Below are positions 7,955 through 16,247 of a stretch of 32,000 nt of DNA, piece after piece (within the stretch, counting starts at the first letter, position 1; the number at the start of each line of letters is the position of its first letter). The stretch is from assembly GCF_000017305.1 (NCBI RefSeq), contig NC_009664.2:4050001-4082000 (forward strand), in the 5' to 3' direction. The stretch is from Kineococcus radiotolerans SRS30216 = ATCC BAA-149 (GTDB lineage Bacteria > Actinomycetota > Actinomycetes > Actinomycetales > Kineococcaceae). A model generated the notes under the pieces. That model was not told the DNA's origin and did not search any database. It worked only from the letters and a program-made list of their open reading frames with translations. Position numbers and translations under genes: made by a program.

Positions 7955-9472
7955 ATGACGACCACCACGACCGCGCCGGCGGGCACCACTCCTCAGATCG
8001 CGATCAACGACATCGGGTCGGCTGAGGACTTCCTTGCCGCGGTCGACGCGACCATCAAGTACTTCAACGACGGTGACATCGTCTCCGGCACCATCGTGAA
8101 GGTCGACCGTGACGAGGTCCTCCTCGACATCGGTTACAAGACCGAGGGCGTCATCCCCTCGCGCGAGCTCTCGATCAAGCACGACGTCGACCCCAACGAG
8201 GTCGTCGGAGTCGGCGACGAGGTCGAGGCCCTGGTCCTCCAGAAGGAGGACAAGGAAGGCCGTCTGATCCTGTCCAAGAAGCGCGCCCAGTACGAGCGCG
8301 CCTGGGGCACGATCGAGGCCAAGAAGGAAGCCGACGAGGTCGTCGAGGGCGTCGTCATCGAGGTCGTCAAGGGCGGCCTCATCCTCGACATCGGTCTGCG
8401 CGGCTTCCTGCCCGCGTCCCTCGTCGAGATGCGTCGCGTCCGCGACCTGCAGCCCTACGTGGGCAAGACGATCGAAGCCAAGATCATCGAGCTGGACAAG
8501 AACCGCAACAACGTGGTCCTGTCCCGCCGCGCCTGGCTCGAGCAGACCCAGTCCGAGGTCCGCCAGAACTTCCTCACGACCCTGCAGAAGGGTCAGGTCC
8601 GCTCCGGCGTCGTCTCCTCGATCGTCAACTTCGGCGCGTTCGTGGACCTGGGTGGCGTCGACGGTCTCGTCCACGTCTCCGAGCTGTCCTGGAAGCACAT
8701 CGACCACCCCTCCGAGGTCGTCGAGGTCGGCCAGGAGGTCACCGTCGAGGTCCTCGACGTCGACATGGACCGCGAGCGCGTGTCCCTGTCGCTGAAGGCG
8801 ACCCAGGAAGACCCGTGGCAGCAGTTCGCCCGGACCCACGCGATCGGTCAGGTCGTGCCGGGCAAGGTCACCAAGCTCGTCCCGTTCGGTGCGTTCGTGC
8901 GCGTCGACGACGGCATCGAGGGCCTGGTCCACATCTCCGAGCTGGCCGAGCGCCACGTCGAGGTGCCCGAGCAGGTCGTCCAGGTCAACAGCGACATCTT
9001 CGTCAAGGTCATCGACATCGACCTCGAGCGTCGCCGGATCTCGCTGTCGCTGAAGCAGGCCACCGAGTCCCTCGCCGCGGCCGGCGAGGAGTTCGACCCC
9101 TCGCTCTACGGCATGGCCGCGGACTACGACGAGCAGGGCAACTACAAGTACCCCGAGGGCTTCGACCCCGAGACCAACGACTGGCTCGAGGGCTTCGAGG
9201 CCCAGCGCGAGGAGTGGGAGGGGCAGTACGCCCTGGCCCACGAGCGCTGGGAGCAGCACAAGAAGCAGGTCGCGGAGGCCGCCGAGGCCGAGGCGAAGGC
9301 CGAGGCGGAGGGTGTCACCGCGGCGACCAGCAGCAGCTCGAGCTCCAGCTCCAGCAGCAGCTCCTCGTCCGCTCCCTCCTCCTACACCTCCGAGGCTCCG
9401 GAGGCCGCGGGCACGCTCGCGTCCGACGAGGCCCTGGCGGCCCTGCGCGAGAAGCTCACCGGCGGGAACTGA
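7955..9472 (+). CDS. rpsA: 30S ribosomal protein S1
   Basis: 505 aa from ATG 7955, with GGAG 11 nt upstream. It has four S1/OB repeats, e.g. GDIVSGTIVKVDRDEVLLDIGYKTEGVIP and GQVRSGVVSSIVNFGAFVDLGGVDGLVHVSEL. The C-terminus is the actinobacterial ...ALAALREKLTGGN. The tail contains a 14-Ser run. Confidence 0.95.
   Translation: MTTTTTAPAGTTPQIAINDIGSAEDFLAAVDATIKYFNDGDIVSGTIVKVDRDEVLLDIGYKTEGVIPSRELSIKHDVDPNEVVGVGDEVEALVLQKEDKEGRLILSKKRAQYERAWGTIEAKKEADEVVEGVVIEVVKGGLILDIGLRGFLPASLVEMRRVRDLQPYVGKTIEAKIIELDKNRNNVVLSRRAWLEQTQSEVRQNFLTTLQKGQVRSGVVSSIVNFGAFVDLGGVDGLVHVSELSWKHIDHPSEVVEVGQEVTVEVLDVDMDRERVSLSLKATQEDPWQQFARTHAIGQVVPGKVTKLVPFGAFVRVDDGIEGLVHISELAERHVEVPEQVVQVNSDIFVKVIDIDLERRRISLSLKQATESLAAAGEEFDPSLYGMAADYDEQGNYKYPEGFDPETNDWLEGFEAQREEWEGQYALAHERWEQHKKQVAEAAEAEAKAEAEGVTAATSSSSSSSSSSSSSSAPSSYTSEAPEAAGTLASDEALAALREKLTGGN
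9329..9370 (+). repeat. Serine-codon tract (14 consecutive AGC/TCC/TCG codons) inside the rpsA 3' region
   Basis: agc agc agc tcg agc tcc agc tcc agc agc agc tcc tcg tcc, in frame with rpsA. It encodes S14 between an EA-rich acidic segment and the conserved C-terminal peptide. Confidence 0.9.
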
Positions 9473-9503
9473 CCTCCCGCTGACGCGTTGACGCGCTGAT
9501 CGA

Positions 9504-9538
9504 CGAAGGCCCCGACCGGATCCCGGTCGGGGCCTTCG
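9504..9538. terminator. Bidirectional terminator hairpin between convergent rpsA and the LacI-family gene
   Basis: CGAAGGCCCCGACCGG (9504-9519) pairs perfectly with CCGGTCGGGGCCTTCG (9523-9538), a 16-bp stem with a 3-nt loop. Confidence 0.7.
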
Positions 9539-9540
9539 CC

Positions 9541-9590
9541 GTCGCTGCCTCCGTGTCGCTGCCTCCGTGTCGCCGCCTCCGTGTCGCTGC
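9541..9590. repeat. 14-bp tandem repeat, about 3.6 copies (GTCGCTGCCTCCGT)
   Basis: Units lie at 9541-9554, 9555-9568 and 9569-9582 (one T>C change), with a partial unit at 9583-9590. The array is intergenic, between the terminator hairpin and the LacI gene stop. Confidence 0.85.
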
Positions 9591-9607
9591 GCGCCGCCCG
9601 GCGGCCG

Positions 9608-10687
9608 TCAGCCCCGCAGGGCCTGGTCCCCCGGACGTCCCGCCACCCGCGGGGCCGGGGGAGGGGCGGTGCTGGAGCGCACCACGAGGGTGGACGTGAC
9701 CGGGCCGGGTTCGACGACGCGGTCGTGCAGGCGGCCCAGCAGCACCCGGACGCAGCGCCACCCGATCTCGGTGAAGTCCTGGTGCACCGTGGTCAGGGGC
9801 GGGAAGTAGAACCGCGCCTCCGGCACGTCGTCGAAGCCGACGACGCTGACCTCGTCGGGCACCCGGCGCCCGCGGTCCGCCAGCGCCCGCAGCACCCCGG
9901 CCGCCATCTGGTCGTTGCCCACGAACAGCGCGCTCACCTCCTCCAGCGGGAGGTCCCCCACCGCGGTGTAGCCCGACTGCGCCGACCAGTCCCCGCGCAC
10001 GGGACGGGGCACGACCCGCAGCCGCTCGACCAGCGCGGTGCGCCAGCCGGTGGCCCGGGCCCGGGACTCCGCCCAGTCCGGGGGACCGGCGACGTGGTGG
10101 ACGGTGGGGTGGCCCAGGTCCAGCAGGTGGTGGGTGGCCTCGCGGGCCGCGGCGACCTCGGCCCAGTAGGCGTCGGGGACGCCGGCGCCGTCGAGCCCGG
10201 GGGCCAGGACGCAGGGGAAGGCGGCGTCGGCGGCGCGGACGGCGTCCTGCGCGGCGTCCTGGGGCACCACGGCGATCGCGCCGTCGACGTACTGCGCGCG
10301 CAGCTCCTCCAGGGCGGTGCTGATCCCGGCGGCGCTCAGGTCCGGCAGCATCACCAGCGAGACGGCGTACCCCTCGGCGCGGGCCGCCTCCTGGATCCCG
10401 GCCAGCGTCGTGGCCGCGCCGTACAGCGAGGTGTCCGCGGCGACCACGCCGATGCGGTGGGAGCGACGGGTGACCAGCGTGCGGGCGGCGATGTTGGGGC
10501 GGTAGCCGAGCTCGGCGATGGCGGCCTCGACCCGTTCGCGCGTGCGCCGCGCCACCGACGGGCTGCCCCGCACCACGCGCGAGACGGTCTGCTGCGACAC
10601 GCCGGCGAGCTGGGCGACGTCGGCGAGGACCGGCAGGCGCCCTTCGGCCTCGGGGGCTTCCCCCCGGGGTGCGGATTCGGCGGACAT
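9608..10687 (-). CDS. LacI family transcriptional regulator
   Basis: N-terminal HTH VLADVAQLAGVSQQTVSRVVRGSPSVARRTRERVEAAIAELGYRPNIAARTL, followed by a periplasmic-binding-protein-like sugar-binding core. The start is placed at ATG 10687, which is preceded by AGGAAG. GTG 10735 is the longest alternative. Confidence 0.85.
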   Translation of the reverse strand: MSAESAPRGEAPEAEGRLPVLADVAQLAGVSQQTVSRVVRGSPSVARRTRERVEAAIAELGYRPNIAARTLVTRRSHRIGVVAADTSLYGAATTLAGIQEAARAEGYAVSLVMLPDLSAAGISTALEELRAQYVDGAIAVVPQDAAQDAVRAADAAFPCVLAPGLDGAGVPDAYWAEVAAAREATHHLLDLGHPTVHHVAGPPDWAESRARATGWRTALVERLRVVPRPVRGDWSAQSGYTAVGDLPLEEVSALFVGNDQMAAGVLRALADRGRRVPDEVSVVGFDDVPEARFYFPPLTTVHQDFTEIGWRCVRVLLGRLHDRVVEPGPVTSTLVVRSSTAPPPAPRVAGRPGDQALRG

Positions 10688-10859
10688 GCCACTTCCTGAC
10701 TCGGTGTGCAGGTCCGGGTACTCATCGCTGAGCACCCTGGAGGGGCGGGAAGAACGGCGGGAAGTGCGGGGGAGCGCTCTCGTCGGCGTCGACCTCGCGG
10801 CGCCAGGGTAACCCAGCCGCCGTCGTCACGTGCGGCTCCTCGGCGTCCGGGTGAACGGC

Positions 10860-10889
10860 TTGACGTTCTCCGATGGCAACGTTAACAAT
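10860..10889 (+). promoter_or_regulatory. Candidate sigma-70-type promoter of the chvE-gguAB operon
   Basis: TTGACG (10860-10865), an 18-nt spacer, then AACAAT (10884-10889), in the only AT-enriched stretch of the 371-bp divergent region. Confidence 0.45.
10874..10887. promoter_or_regulatory. Candidate LacI-family operator TGGCAACGTTAACA
   Basis: It fits the family core TGnnAACGTTnnCA, with 10 of 14 positions palindromic and a central CG. It lies between the -35 and -10 of the predicted chvE promoter, upstream of the divergent regulator gene. Confidence 0.5.
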
Positions 10890-11058
10890 GAACTCACCAG
10901 TTCCACCAGATCGTCAGATCGCACTGCTGCCGGGCGCTGGGACGAGGAAGCTCGAGCCCCGCAGCGAACCACCCCCCCAGCGCCACCCGGCGCGCAGCAG
11001 AGTGCCCCACGAGCCCCTTCGTGCGGCCTTTCACGAGGTACAGAGGAGTTCCGCCGTG

Positions 11059-12210
11059 ATGAAACGTCGCAGTGCCCTTGCCGTCTTCGGTGCCGGCCTC
11101 GCCCTGACCCTGGCCGCCTGCGGCGGCGGCGGTGCCGGTACCGGCACCGACAGCGACGGTGGCGGTTCCTCCGCCAACCCCTCGGAGATCACCGTCGGCG
11201 TGGCGATGCCCACCCAGACGTCCGAGCGCTGGATCGCCGACGGCAAGAACGTCCAGGCGGGTCTGGAGAAGGCCGGCTACAAGGTCGACCTCCAGTACGC
11301 CAACGACGACATCCCGACGCAGGCGCAGCAGATCGACCAGATGATCACCAAGGGTGACAAGCTGCTCATCGTCGCCGCCATCGACGGCACCGCGCTCAGC
11401 AGCCAGCTGGCCAACGCCGCGGCCCAGGGCGTCAAGGTCATCTCCTACGACCGCCTCATCCGCGGTTCCGGCGACGTCGACTTCTACGTGTCGTTCGACA
11501 ACTACAACGTCGGTGTGCAGCAGGGCACCTCGGTGCTCATGGGCCTCGGCCTGCTGAACCCCGACGGCTCCCCGGGGACCGCGACCGGCCCCTTCAACGT
11601 GGAGCTGTTCGCCGGTTCGCTCGACGACAACAACGCCCAGTTCTTCTGGGACGGCGCGATCGACACCCTGCAGCCGTTCATCGACAAGGGCCAGATCGTC
11701 GTCAAGTCCGGCCAGACGAAGATCGACCAGGCCGCCATCCTGCGCTGGCAGCAGGAGACCGCGCAGAAGCGCATGGAGGACCTGCTCACCTCCGCCTACA
11801 ACGACGGCAGCAAGGTCGACGGCGTGCTCTCGCCCTACGACGGCATCTCCCGCGGCATCATCACCGCCCTGCAGAACGCCGGCTACGGCGGCAGCGGGAC
11901 GCCGATGCCGATCATCTCCGGCCAGGACGCCGAGATCGCCTCCGTCAAGCTCATCAACGACGGCGTGCAGTACGCGACCGTGTTCAAGGACACCCGCAAG
12001 CTCGCCGACGAGGCCGTCAAGGCCGCCAGCGCGATGGTCGAGGGCAAGGAGCCCGAGGCGAACGACACCGAGACGTACGACAACGGCGTCAAGGTCGTCC
12101 CCTCCTTCCTGCTCGAGTCCGAGATCGTCACCAAGGACAACGTGAAGTCCGCGCTCGTCGACACGGGCTACTACACCCAGGCCGAGGTCGACGCCGGCAA
12201 GGCCAGCTGA
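11059..12210 (+). CDS. chvE: Multiple-monosaccharide ABC transporter substrate-binding lipoprotein, ChvE type
   Basis: 383 aa from ATG 11059, with AGAGGAG 10 nt upstream (GTG 11056 is also possible). The lipoprotein signal is MKRRSALAVFGAGLALTLAAC. There is long collinear similarity to my recollection of Agrobacterium ChvE, e.g. VGVAMPT..S.RWI.DG, DLQYA.DDIP.Q..QI..M.TKG, VI.YDRLIR.SGDV, LSPYDG.S.GII, SGQDAE..SVK, VMEGKEPE.NDT.TY.NGVKVVPS.LL. Confidence 0.9.
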   Translation: MKRRSALAVFGAGLALTLAACGGGGAGTGTDSDGGGSSANPSEITVGVAMPTQTSERWIADGKNVQAGLEKAGYKVDLQYANDDIPTQAQQIDQMITKGDKLLIVAAIDGTALSSQLANAAAQGVKVISYDRLIRGSGDVDFYVSFDNYNVGVQQGTSVLMGLGLLNPDGSPGTATGPFNVELFAGSLDDNNAQFFWDGAIDTLQPFIDKGQIVVKSGQTKIDQAAILRWQQETAQKRMEDLLTSAYNDGSKVDGVLSPYDGISRGIITALQNAGYGGSGTPMPIISGQDAEIASVKLINDGVQYATVFKDTRKLADEAVKAASAMVEGKEPEANDTETYDNGVKVVPSFLLESEIVTKDNVKSALVDTGYYTQAEVDAGKAS

Positions 12211-12224
12211 CCCACCACGACGCT

Positions 12225-12252
12225 TCCCGCCCCGGTCTCGACCGGGGCGGGA
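12225..12252 (+). terminator. Intercistronic stem-loop between chvE and gguA (partial terminator or mRNA stabiliser)
   Basis: TCCCGCCCCGGTC / GACCGGGGCGGGA is a 28-nt near-perfect palindrome beginning 15 nt after the chvE stop. This is the usual position for hairpins that raise binding-protein expression over the downstream ABC genes. Confidence 0.5.
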
Positions 12253-12306
12253 TCCGTGGTGTCCGGCGGAAACCCCCCACCCAGAACGAGGGACGACGGT
12301 TCACCG

Positions 12307-13932
12307 ATGACCGACAACACCCAAGCGACGCAGCCCAACATCCTGGAGATGCGTTCCATCACCAAGACCTTCCCCGGGGTCAAGGCGCTGTCCGACGTCT
12401 CGCTGTCGGTCCGACGCGGTGAGGTCCACGCCATCTGCGGCGAGAACGGCGCGGGCAAGTCGACCCTGATGAAGGTCCTCTCGGGCGTGTACCCGTACGG
12501 GACCTACGAGGGTGAGATCCACTTTGACGGCCAGCTCTCGCAGTTCTCCGGCATCGCCGACAGCGAGAAGTCCGGCATCGCGATCATCCACCAGGAACTC
12601 GCCCTGGTCCCGTACCTGTCGGTCGCGGAGAACCTGTTCCTCGGCAACGAGATCAAGGGTCGCGGCGGTCTCATCGACTGGAACCGCACCAACGGCGAGG
12701 CCTCGAAGCTGCTCAACCGCGTCGGCCTGCACGAGAACCCCACCACGCCCATCGGCCAGCTCGGTGTCGGCAAGCAGCAGCTGGTGGAGATCGCCAAGGC
12801 GATCAGCAAGGACGTGCGGCTGCTCATCCTCGACGAGCCGACCGCGGCGCTGAACGACAACGACTCCGCGCACCTGCTGGACCTCCTGCGCCAGCTGCGC
12901 TCGGAGGGCATGACCTGCATCATGATCTCGCACAAGCTGAACGAGATCGAGGCCATCTCCGACTCGGTGACGATCATCCGCGACGGCCGGACGATCGAGA
13001 CCCTGGACATGCGCGCCGACGCCGTGACCGAGGACCGCATCATCCGCGGCATGGTCGGGCGCGACCTGGACAGCCGCTACCCCGAGCGCGAGTCCCACCC
13101 CGGCGAGGAGGTCCTCCGGATCGAGGACTGGACCGTGGGCCACCCCGTGCAGGACCGTCTGGTCGTCGACCACGCGAACCTCTCGGTGCGCGCCGGCGAG
13201 GTCGTCGGCATCGCGGGTCTCATGGGCGCCGGGCGCACCGAGCTCGCCATGAGCGTCTTCGGCCGCAGCTACGGCCGCTACCTCGGCGGGTCGCTGTACA
13301 AGCGGGGCAAGCCGATCCAGAGCCGCAACGTCGGCGAGGCGATCCGCAACGGTCTGGCCTACGCCACCGAGGACCGCAAGAAGTACGGCCTGAACCTCAT
13401 CGACGACATCAAGCGCAACGTCTCCGCGGCGGCGCTCGGCAAGCTCACCCGGGGTGGCTTCGTCGACGCCAACGAGGAGATCAAGGTCGCCGAGGACAGC
13501 AAGCGGAGCATGAACATCAAGGCTCCGACCGTCACCGCGCTGACCGGCAAGCTCTCGGGCGGCAACCAGCAGAAGGTCGTCCTGTCGAAGTGGATCTACT
13601 CCGACCCCGACGTCCTCATCCTCGACGAACCCACCCGCGGCATCGACGTCGGCGCGAAGTACGAGATCTACACGATCATCAACCGGCTGGTGGCCGCCGG
13701 CAAGGCCGTCATCGTCATCTCCTCGGAACTGCCCGAGCTCCTCGGCATCTGCGACCGCATCTACACCCTCAACGCCGGTCGGATCACCGGTGAGGTCCCG
13801 ATCGCGGAGGCCTCGCAGGAGAGCCTCATGGTCCTCATGACCAAGGACCGCGGCGCCTCGGCCGGATCCACCGACCCGAGCCCCACCCCTCCGTCCCCGA
13901 CCGCCCAGACACCGCAGGAGCACACCGCATGA
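12307..13932 (+). CDS. gguA: Monosaccharide ABC transporter ATP-binding protein (two fused ABC domains), GguA/MmsA type
   Basis: 541 aa. The first domain has [31 protein letters not shown] and [11 protein letters not shown]. The second has [26 protein letters not shown] and [12 protein letters not shown]. It ends in a P/S/T-rich 28-aa tail. Confidence 0.9.
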   Translation: MTDNTQATQPNILEMRSITKTFPGVKALSDVSLSVRRGEVHAICGENGAGKSTLMKVLSGVYPYGTYEGEIHFDGQLSQFSGIADSEKSGIAIIHQELALVPYLSVAENLFLGNEIKGRGGLIDWNRTNGEASKLLNRVGLHENPTTPIGQLGVGKQQLVEIAKAISKDVRLLILDEPTAALNDNDSAHLLDLLRQLRSEGMTCIMISHKLNEIEAISDSVTIIRDGRTIETLDMRADAVTEDRIIRGMVGRDLDSRYPERESHPGEEVLRIEDWTVGHPVQDRLVVDHANLSVRAGEVVGIAGLMGAGRTELAMSVFGRSYGRYLGGSLYKRGKPIQSRNVGEAIRNGLAYATEDRKKYGLNLIDDIKRNVSAAALGKLTRGGFVDANEEIKVAEDSKRSMNIKAPTVTALTGKLSGGNQQKVVLSKWIYSDPDVLILDEPTRGIDVGAKYEIYTIINRLVAAGKAVIVISSELPELLGICDRIYTLNAGRITGEVPIAEASQESLMVLMTKDRGASAGSTDPSPTPPSPTAQTPQEHTA

Positions 13933-15155
13933 GCGGCTCTACCCTGACCAAGCAGGGATCGTCCGCGCCGACGCCGAAGACGGGCAGCGCGAACCCCTTC
14001 CTGGCCATCACCCAGAACCTGCGCGAGAGCGGGATCTACATCGCGTTCGTCGTGGTGGTGCTGCTCTTCGCGGTGCTCACCGACGGCCTGTCGCTGAGCC
14101 CGGGCAACATCACCAACATCGTGCTGCAGTACTCGTACGTGCTGGTGCTGGCGATCGGCATGCTGATCGTCATCGTCGCCGGTCACATCGACCTGTCGGT
14201 CGGGTCGGTGGTGGCCCTCACCGGGGCGGTCTCGGCTCAGCTGGTCATCGGTTCCAGCCAGCCCTGGTGGGTCGGCATCCTCGCCGCCCTCGGCGTCGGC
14301 ATCGTCATCGGCGCCTGGCAGGGCTTCTGGGTCGCCTTCATCGGCATCCCCGCGTTCATTGTGACCCTGGCCGGCATGCTGCTCTTCCGCGGCCTGACCT
14401 TCTACGTCCTGGACAACGTCTCGCTCTCGCCGTTCCCGGCGGAGTACGGCAAGGTCGCGACGGGCTTCTCCAACGGCCTCATCGGCGGCAACGGCTACGA
14501 CGCCTTCACGCTGCTCATCGGCGCCCTCGCCGTCGCCGGCTTCGCCGTCGCCCAGGTCCGCACCCGCGTCGCCAAGGTCCGCTACCAGCAGGTCGTGGAC
14601 GCGCTGCCGCTGTTCGTCCTGAAGATCGTCGGCGTCGGCGTCGTCGTCATGGCCTTCGCCTGGCAGCTCGCCCACAGCCGCGGTCTGCCCTACGTCCTCA
14701 TCATCCTGGCCGTCCTCATCCTGGCCTACGCCACGATCATGAAGTCGTCGGTCTTCGGCCGTCAGGTCTACGCCATCGGCGGGAACCTGGCCGCGGCCCA
14801 GCTCTCCGGGGTGAACGTCCGCCGGGTGAACTTCTGGATCTTCGTCAACATGGGCTTCCTGGCCGCCGTGGCGGGCGTGATCTTCTCCTCGCGCTCCAAC
14901 GGGGCCCAGCCCAGCGCCGGCAACAGCTTCGAGCTCGACGCCATCGCCGCGGCCTTCATCGGCGGCGCCGCCGTCACCGGCGGTGTCGGCAAGATCCAGG
15001 GCGCGATGATCGGTGGTCTGCTCGTCGGCGTCATCTCTAACGGGATGCAGTTGCTGAACGTCGACCAGTCCCTGCAGCAGGTCATCAAGGGCCTGGTGCT
15101 GCTGCTCGCCGTCGCCTTCGACGTCTACAACAAGCGTCGCGGCGGGGTGCGCTGA
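13929..15155 (+). CDS. gguB: Monosaccharide ABC transporter permease, GguB/MmsB type
   Basis: 408 aa, polytopic, with an ATGA overlap on the gguA stop. It has AraH/XylH-family motifs: [40 protein letters not shown] and [22 protein letters not shown]. Confidence 0.9.
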   Translation: MSGSTLTKQGSSAPTPKTGSANPFLAITQNLRESGIYIAFVVVVLLFAVLTDGLSLSPGNITNIVLQYSYVLVLAIGMLIVIVAGHIDLSVGSVVALTGAVSAQLVIGSSQPWWVGILAALGVGIVIGAWQGFWVAFIGIPAFIVTLAGMLLFRGLTFYVLDNVSLSPFPAEYGKVATGFSNGLIGGNGYDAFTLLIGALAVAGFAVAQVRTRVAKVRYQQVVDALPLFVLKIVGVGVVVMAFAWQLAHSRGLPYVLIILAVLILAYATIMKSSVFGRQVYAIGGNLAAAQLSGVNVRRVNFWIFVNMGFLAAVAGVIFSSRSNGAQPSAGNSFELDAIAAAFIGGAAVTGGVGKIQGAMIGGLLVGVISNGMQLLNVDQSLQQVIKGLVLLLAVAFDVYNKRRGGVR

Positions 15156-15180
15156 CCCCCGGTCCCACCACGCACCACCT

Positions 15181-15224
15181 CGACGCAGGGCCCGACCGGA
15201 CCGCTCCGGTCGGGCCCTGCGTCG
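15181..15224 (+). terminator. Strong terminator hairpin after gguB
   Basis: CGACGCAGGGCCCGACCGGA (15181-15200) pairs perfectly with TCCGGTCGGGCCCTGCGTCG (15205-15224), a 20-bp stem with a 4-nt loop. Confidence 0.75.
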
Positions 15225-15238
15225 TCCCCGCGGGCCCG

Positions 15239-15244
15239 TAGGGT
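15239..15244 (+). promoter_or_regulatory. -10 hexamer TAGGGT, 6 nt upstream of the coaE GTG (leaderless arrangement)
   Basis: TAGGGT-cacccc-GTG. No Shine-Dalgarno sequence is present. The position 16 nt upstream carries CGTC, not TGTC. Confidence 0.4.
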
Positions 15245-15250
15245 CACCCC

Positions 15251-16210
15251 GTGCTGAGAGTGGGCCTCACGGGGGGCATCGGAGCGGGGAAGTCGACGGT
15301 GGCCCGGGCCCTGGCGGGCCTGGGGGCGGTGGTCGTCGACGCCGACGTCCTGGCCCGCGAGGTCGTCGCCCGCGGGACCCCGGGCCTGGCCGCCGTGGTC
15401 GAGCGCTTCGGTCCCGGGGTCCTGACCCCCGCGGGCGACCTCGACCGCCCCGCCCTGGGACGCCGGGTCTTCGCCGACCCCGAGGCCCGCGCGGCGCTGA
15501 ACGCGGTCGTGCACCCGCTGGTGGCGGCCCGGCGGGCCGAGCTGGTCGCCGCGGCCCCGGCGGACGCGGTCGTCGTGGAGGACGTCCCGCTGCTGGTGGA
15601 GACCGGCGCCGCCGCGGGCCTGCCGCTGGTCGTGGTCGTCGAGGCCCCCGCCGCGGAGCGGGTGCGGCGGCTGGTCGAGGACCGCGGGATGGACGAGGCC
15701 GACGCCCGCGCCCGCCTCGCGGCCCAGGCCACCGACGCCGAGCGCCGCGCCGCCGCCGACGTGCTGCTGCCCAACCCCCGCCGCCCGGCGGGGGAGCCGG
15801 ACCCGCTGCCCGGTCTCGTCGAGGCGCTGTGGCGCGACCGGCTGCTCCCCTTCGAGGCCAACCTGCGGGCCGGCCGGCCCGCGGCCCGCGGCCCCGTCCC
15901 GGAGCGCGACCCCGGCTGGGCGGCGGCGGGGGAGCGGGCCCGCGCCCGGATCGCCCGGGTGGCGGGGGAGCGGGCCCTGGAGGTGCGGCACACCGGGCCG
16001 ACCGCCGCGCCGGGCCGGCGCGCGCCCGACGTGATCGACGTCGAGGTCCTCGTGGGCGACCTCGCGACGGCGGGCGCCGTGGCCGACGACCTGCGGGCCG
16101 CCGGGCTGGTGCGCCGGCCGGCACCCCCCGGGGCCGGGGAGGTCCTGGCGTCCTCCGCGGACCCCGGCCGCGCGGTGGACTGCCGCTTGCGGCCGGTGCC
16201 CCCGCGCTGA
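15251..16210 (+). CDS. coaE: Dephospho-CoA kinase with a C-terminal degenerate GrpB/UPF0157-like extension
   Basis: The N-terminal ~190 aa form the CoaE domain ([15 protein letters not shown]...[12 protein letters not shown]...VVHPLV). The C-terminal ~120 aa contain [24 protein letters not shown]. This resembles the GrpB core H-x-G-S-T-x-V-P-G...D-I-D, as fused to CoaE in mycobacteria. Confidence 0.85.
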   Translation: MLRVGLTGGIGAGKSTVARALAGLGAVVVDADVLAREVVARGTPGLAAVVERFGPGVLTPAGDLDRPALGRRVFADPEARAALNAVVHPLVAARRAELVAAAPADAVVVEDVPLLVETGAAAGLPLVVVVEAPAAERVRRLVEDRGMDEADARARLAAQATDAERRAAADVLLPNPRRPAGEPDPLPGLVEALWRDRLLPFEANLRAGRPAARGPVPERDPGWAAAGERARARIARVAGERALEVRHTGPTAAPGRRAPDVIDVEVLVGDLATAGAVADDLRAAGLVRRPAPPGAGEVLASSADPGRAVDCRLRPVPPR

Positions 16211-16218
16211 GGGGCTCG

Positions 16219-16240
16219 TGTCGGAGGGCCCGCCTAGGCT
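16219..16240 (+). promoter_or_regulatory. RecA-independent (PafBC-type) DNA-damage promoter-like motif upstream of uvrB
   Basis: TGTCGGAG-GGCCCGCC-TAGGCT. The hexamer ends 7 nt before ATG 16248. The whole element is packed into the 37-nt coaE-uvrB gap. Confidence 0.65.
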
Positions 16241-16247
16241 TCGGCCC

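Noticed and set aside
9541-9590. The tandem 14-bp repeat as a possible CRISPR array.
   Set aside because: The units are contiguous with no spacers, are far shorter than CRISPR repeats, and no cas genes are nearby.
10853-10868. GAACG-N6-CGTTC, and other GAAC/GTTC pairs, as LexA SOS boxes.
   Set aside because: The spacing is GAAC-N8-GTTC. It does not match the actinobacterial TCGAAC-N4-GTTCGA or the Cheo-box GAAC-N4-GTTC. I found no such box upstream of uvrA, uvrB, uvrC or polA.
10873-11058. 62-codon upstream extension of the chvE ORF (MATLTMNSPVPPDRQ...).
   Set aside because: The first part has low GC3 (atg gca acg tta aca atg aac tca cca gtt), unlike real genes here. It overlaps the predicted promoter and operator. 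The lipoprotein signal peptide and an AGAGGAG SD define the start at 11059.
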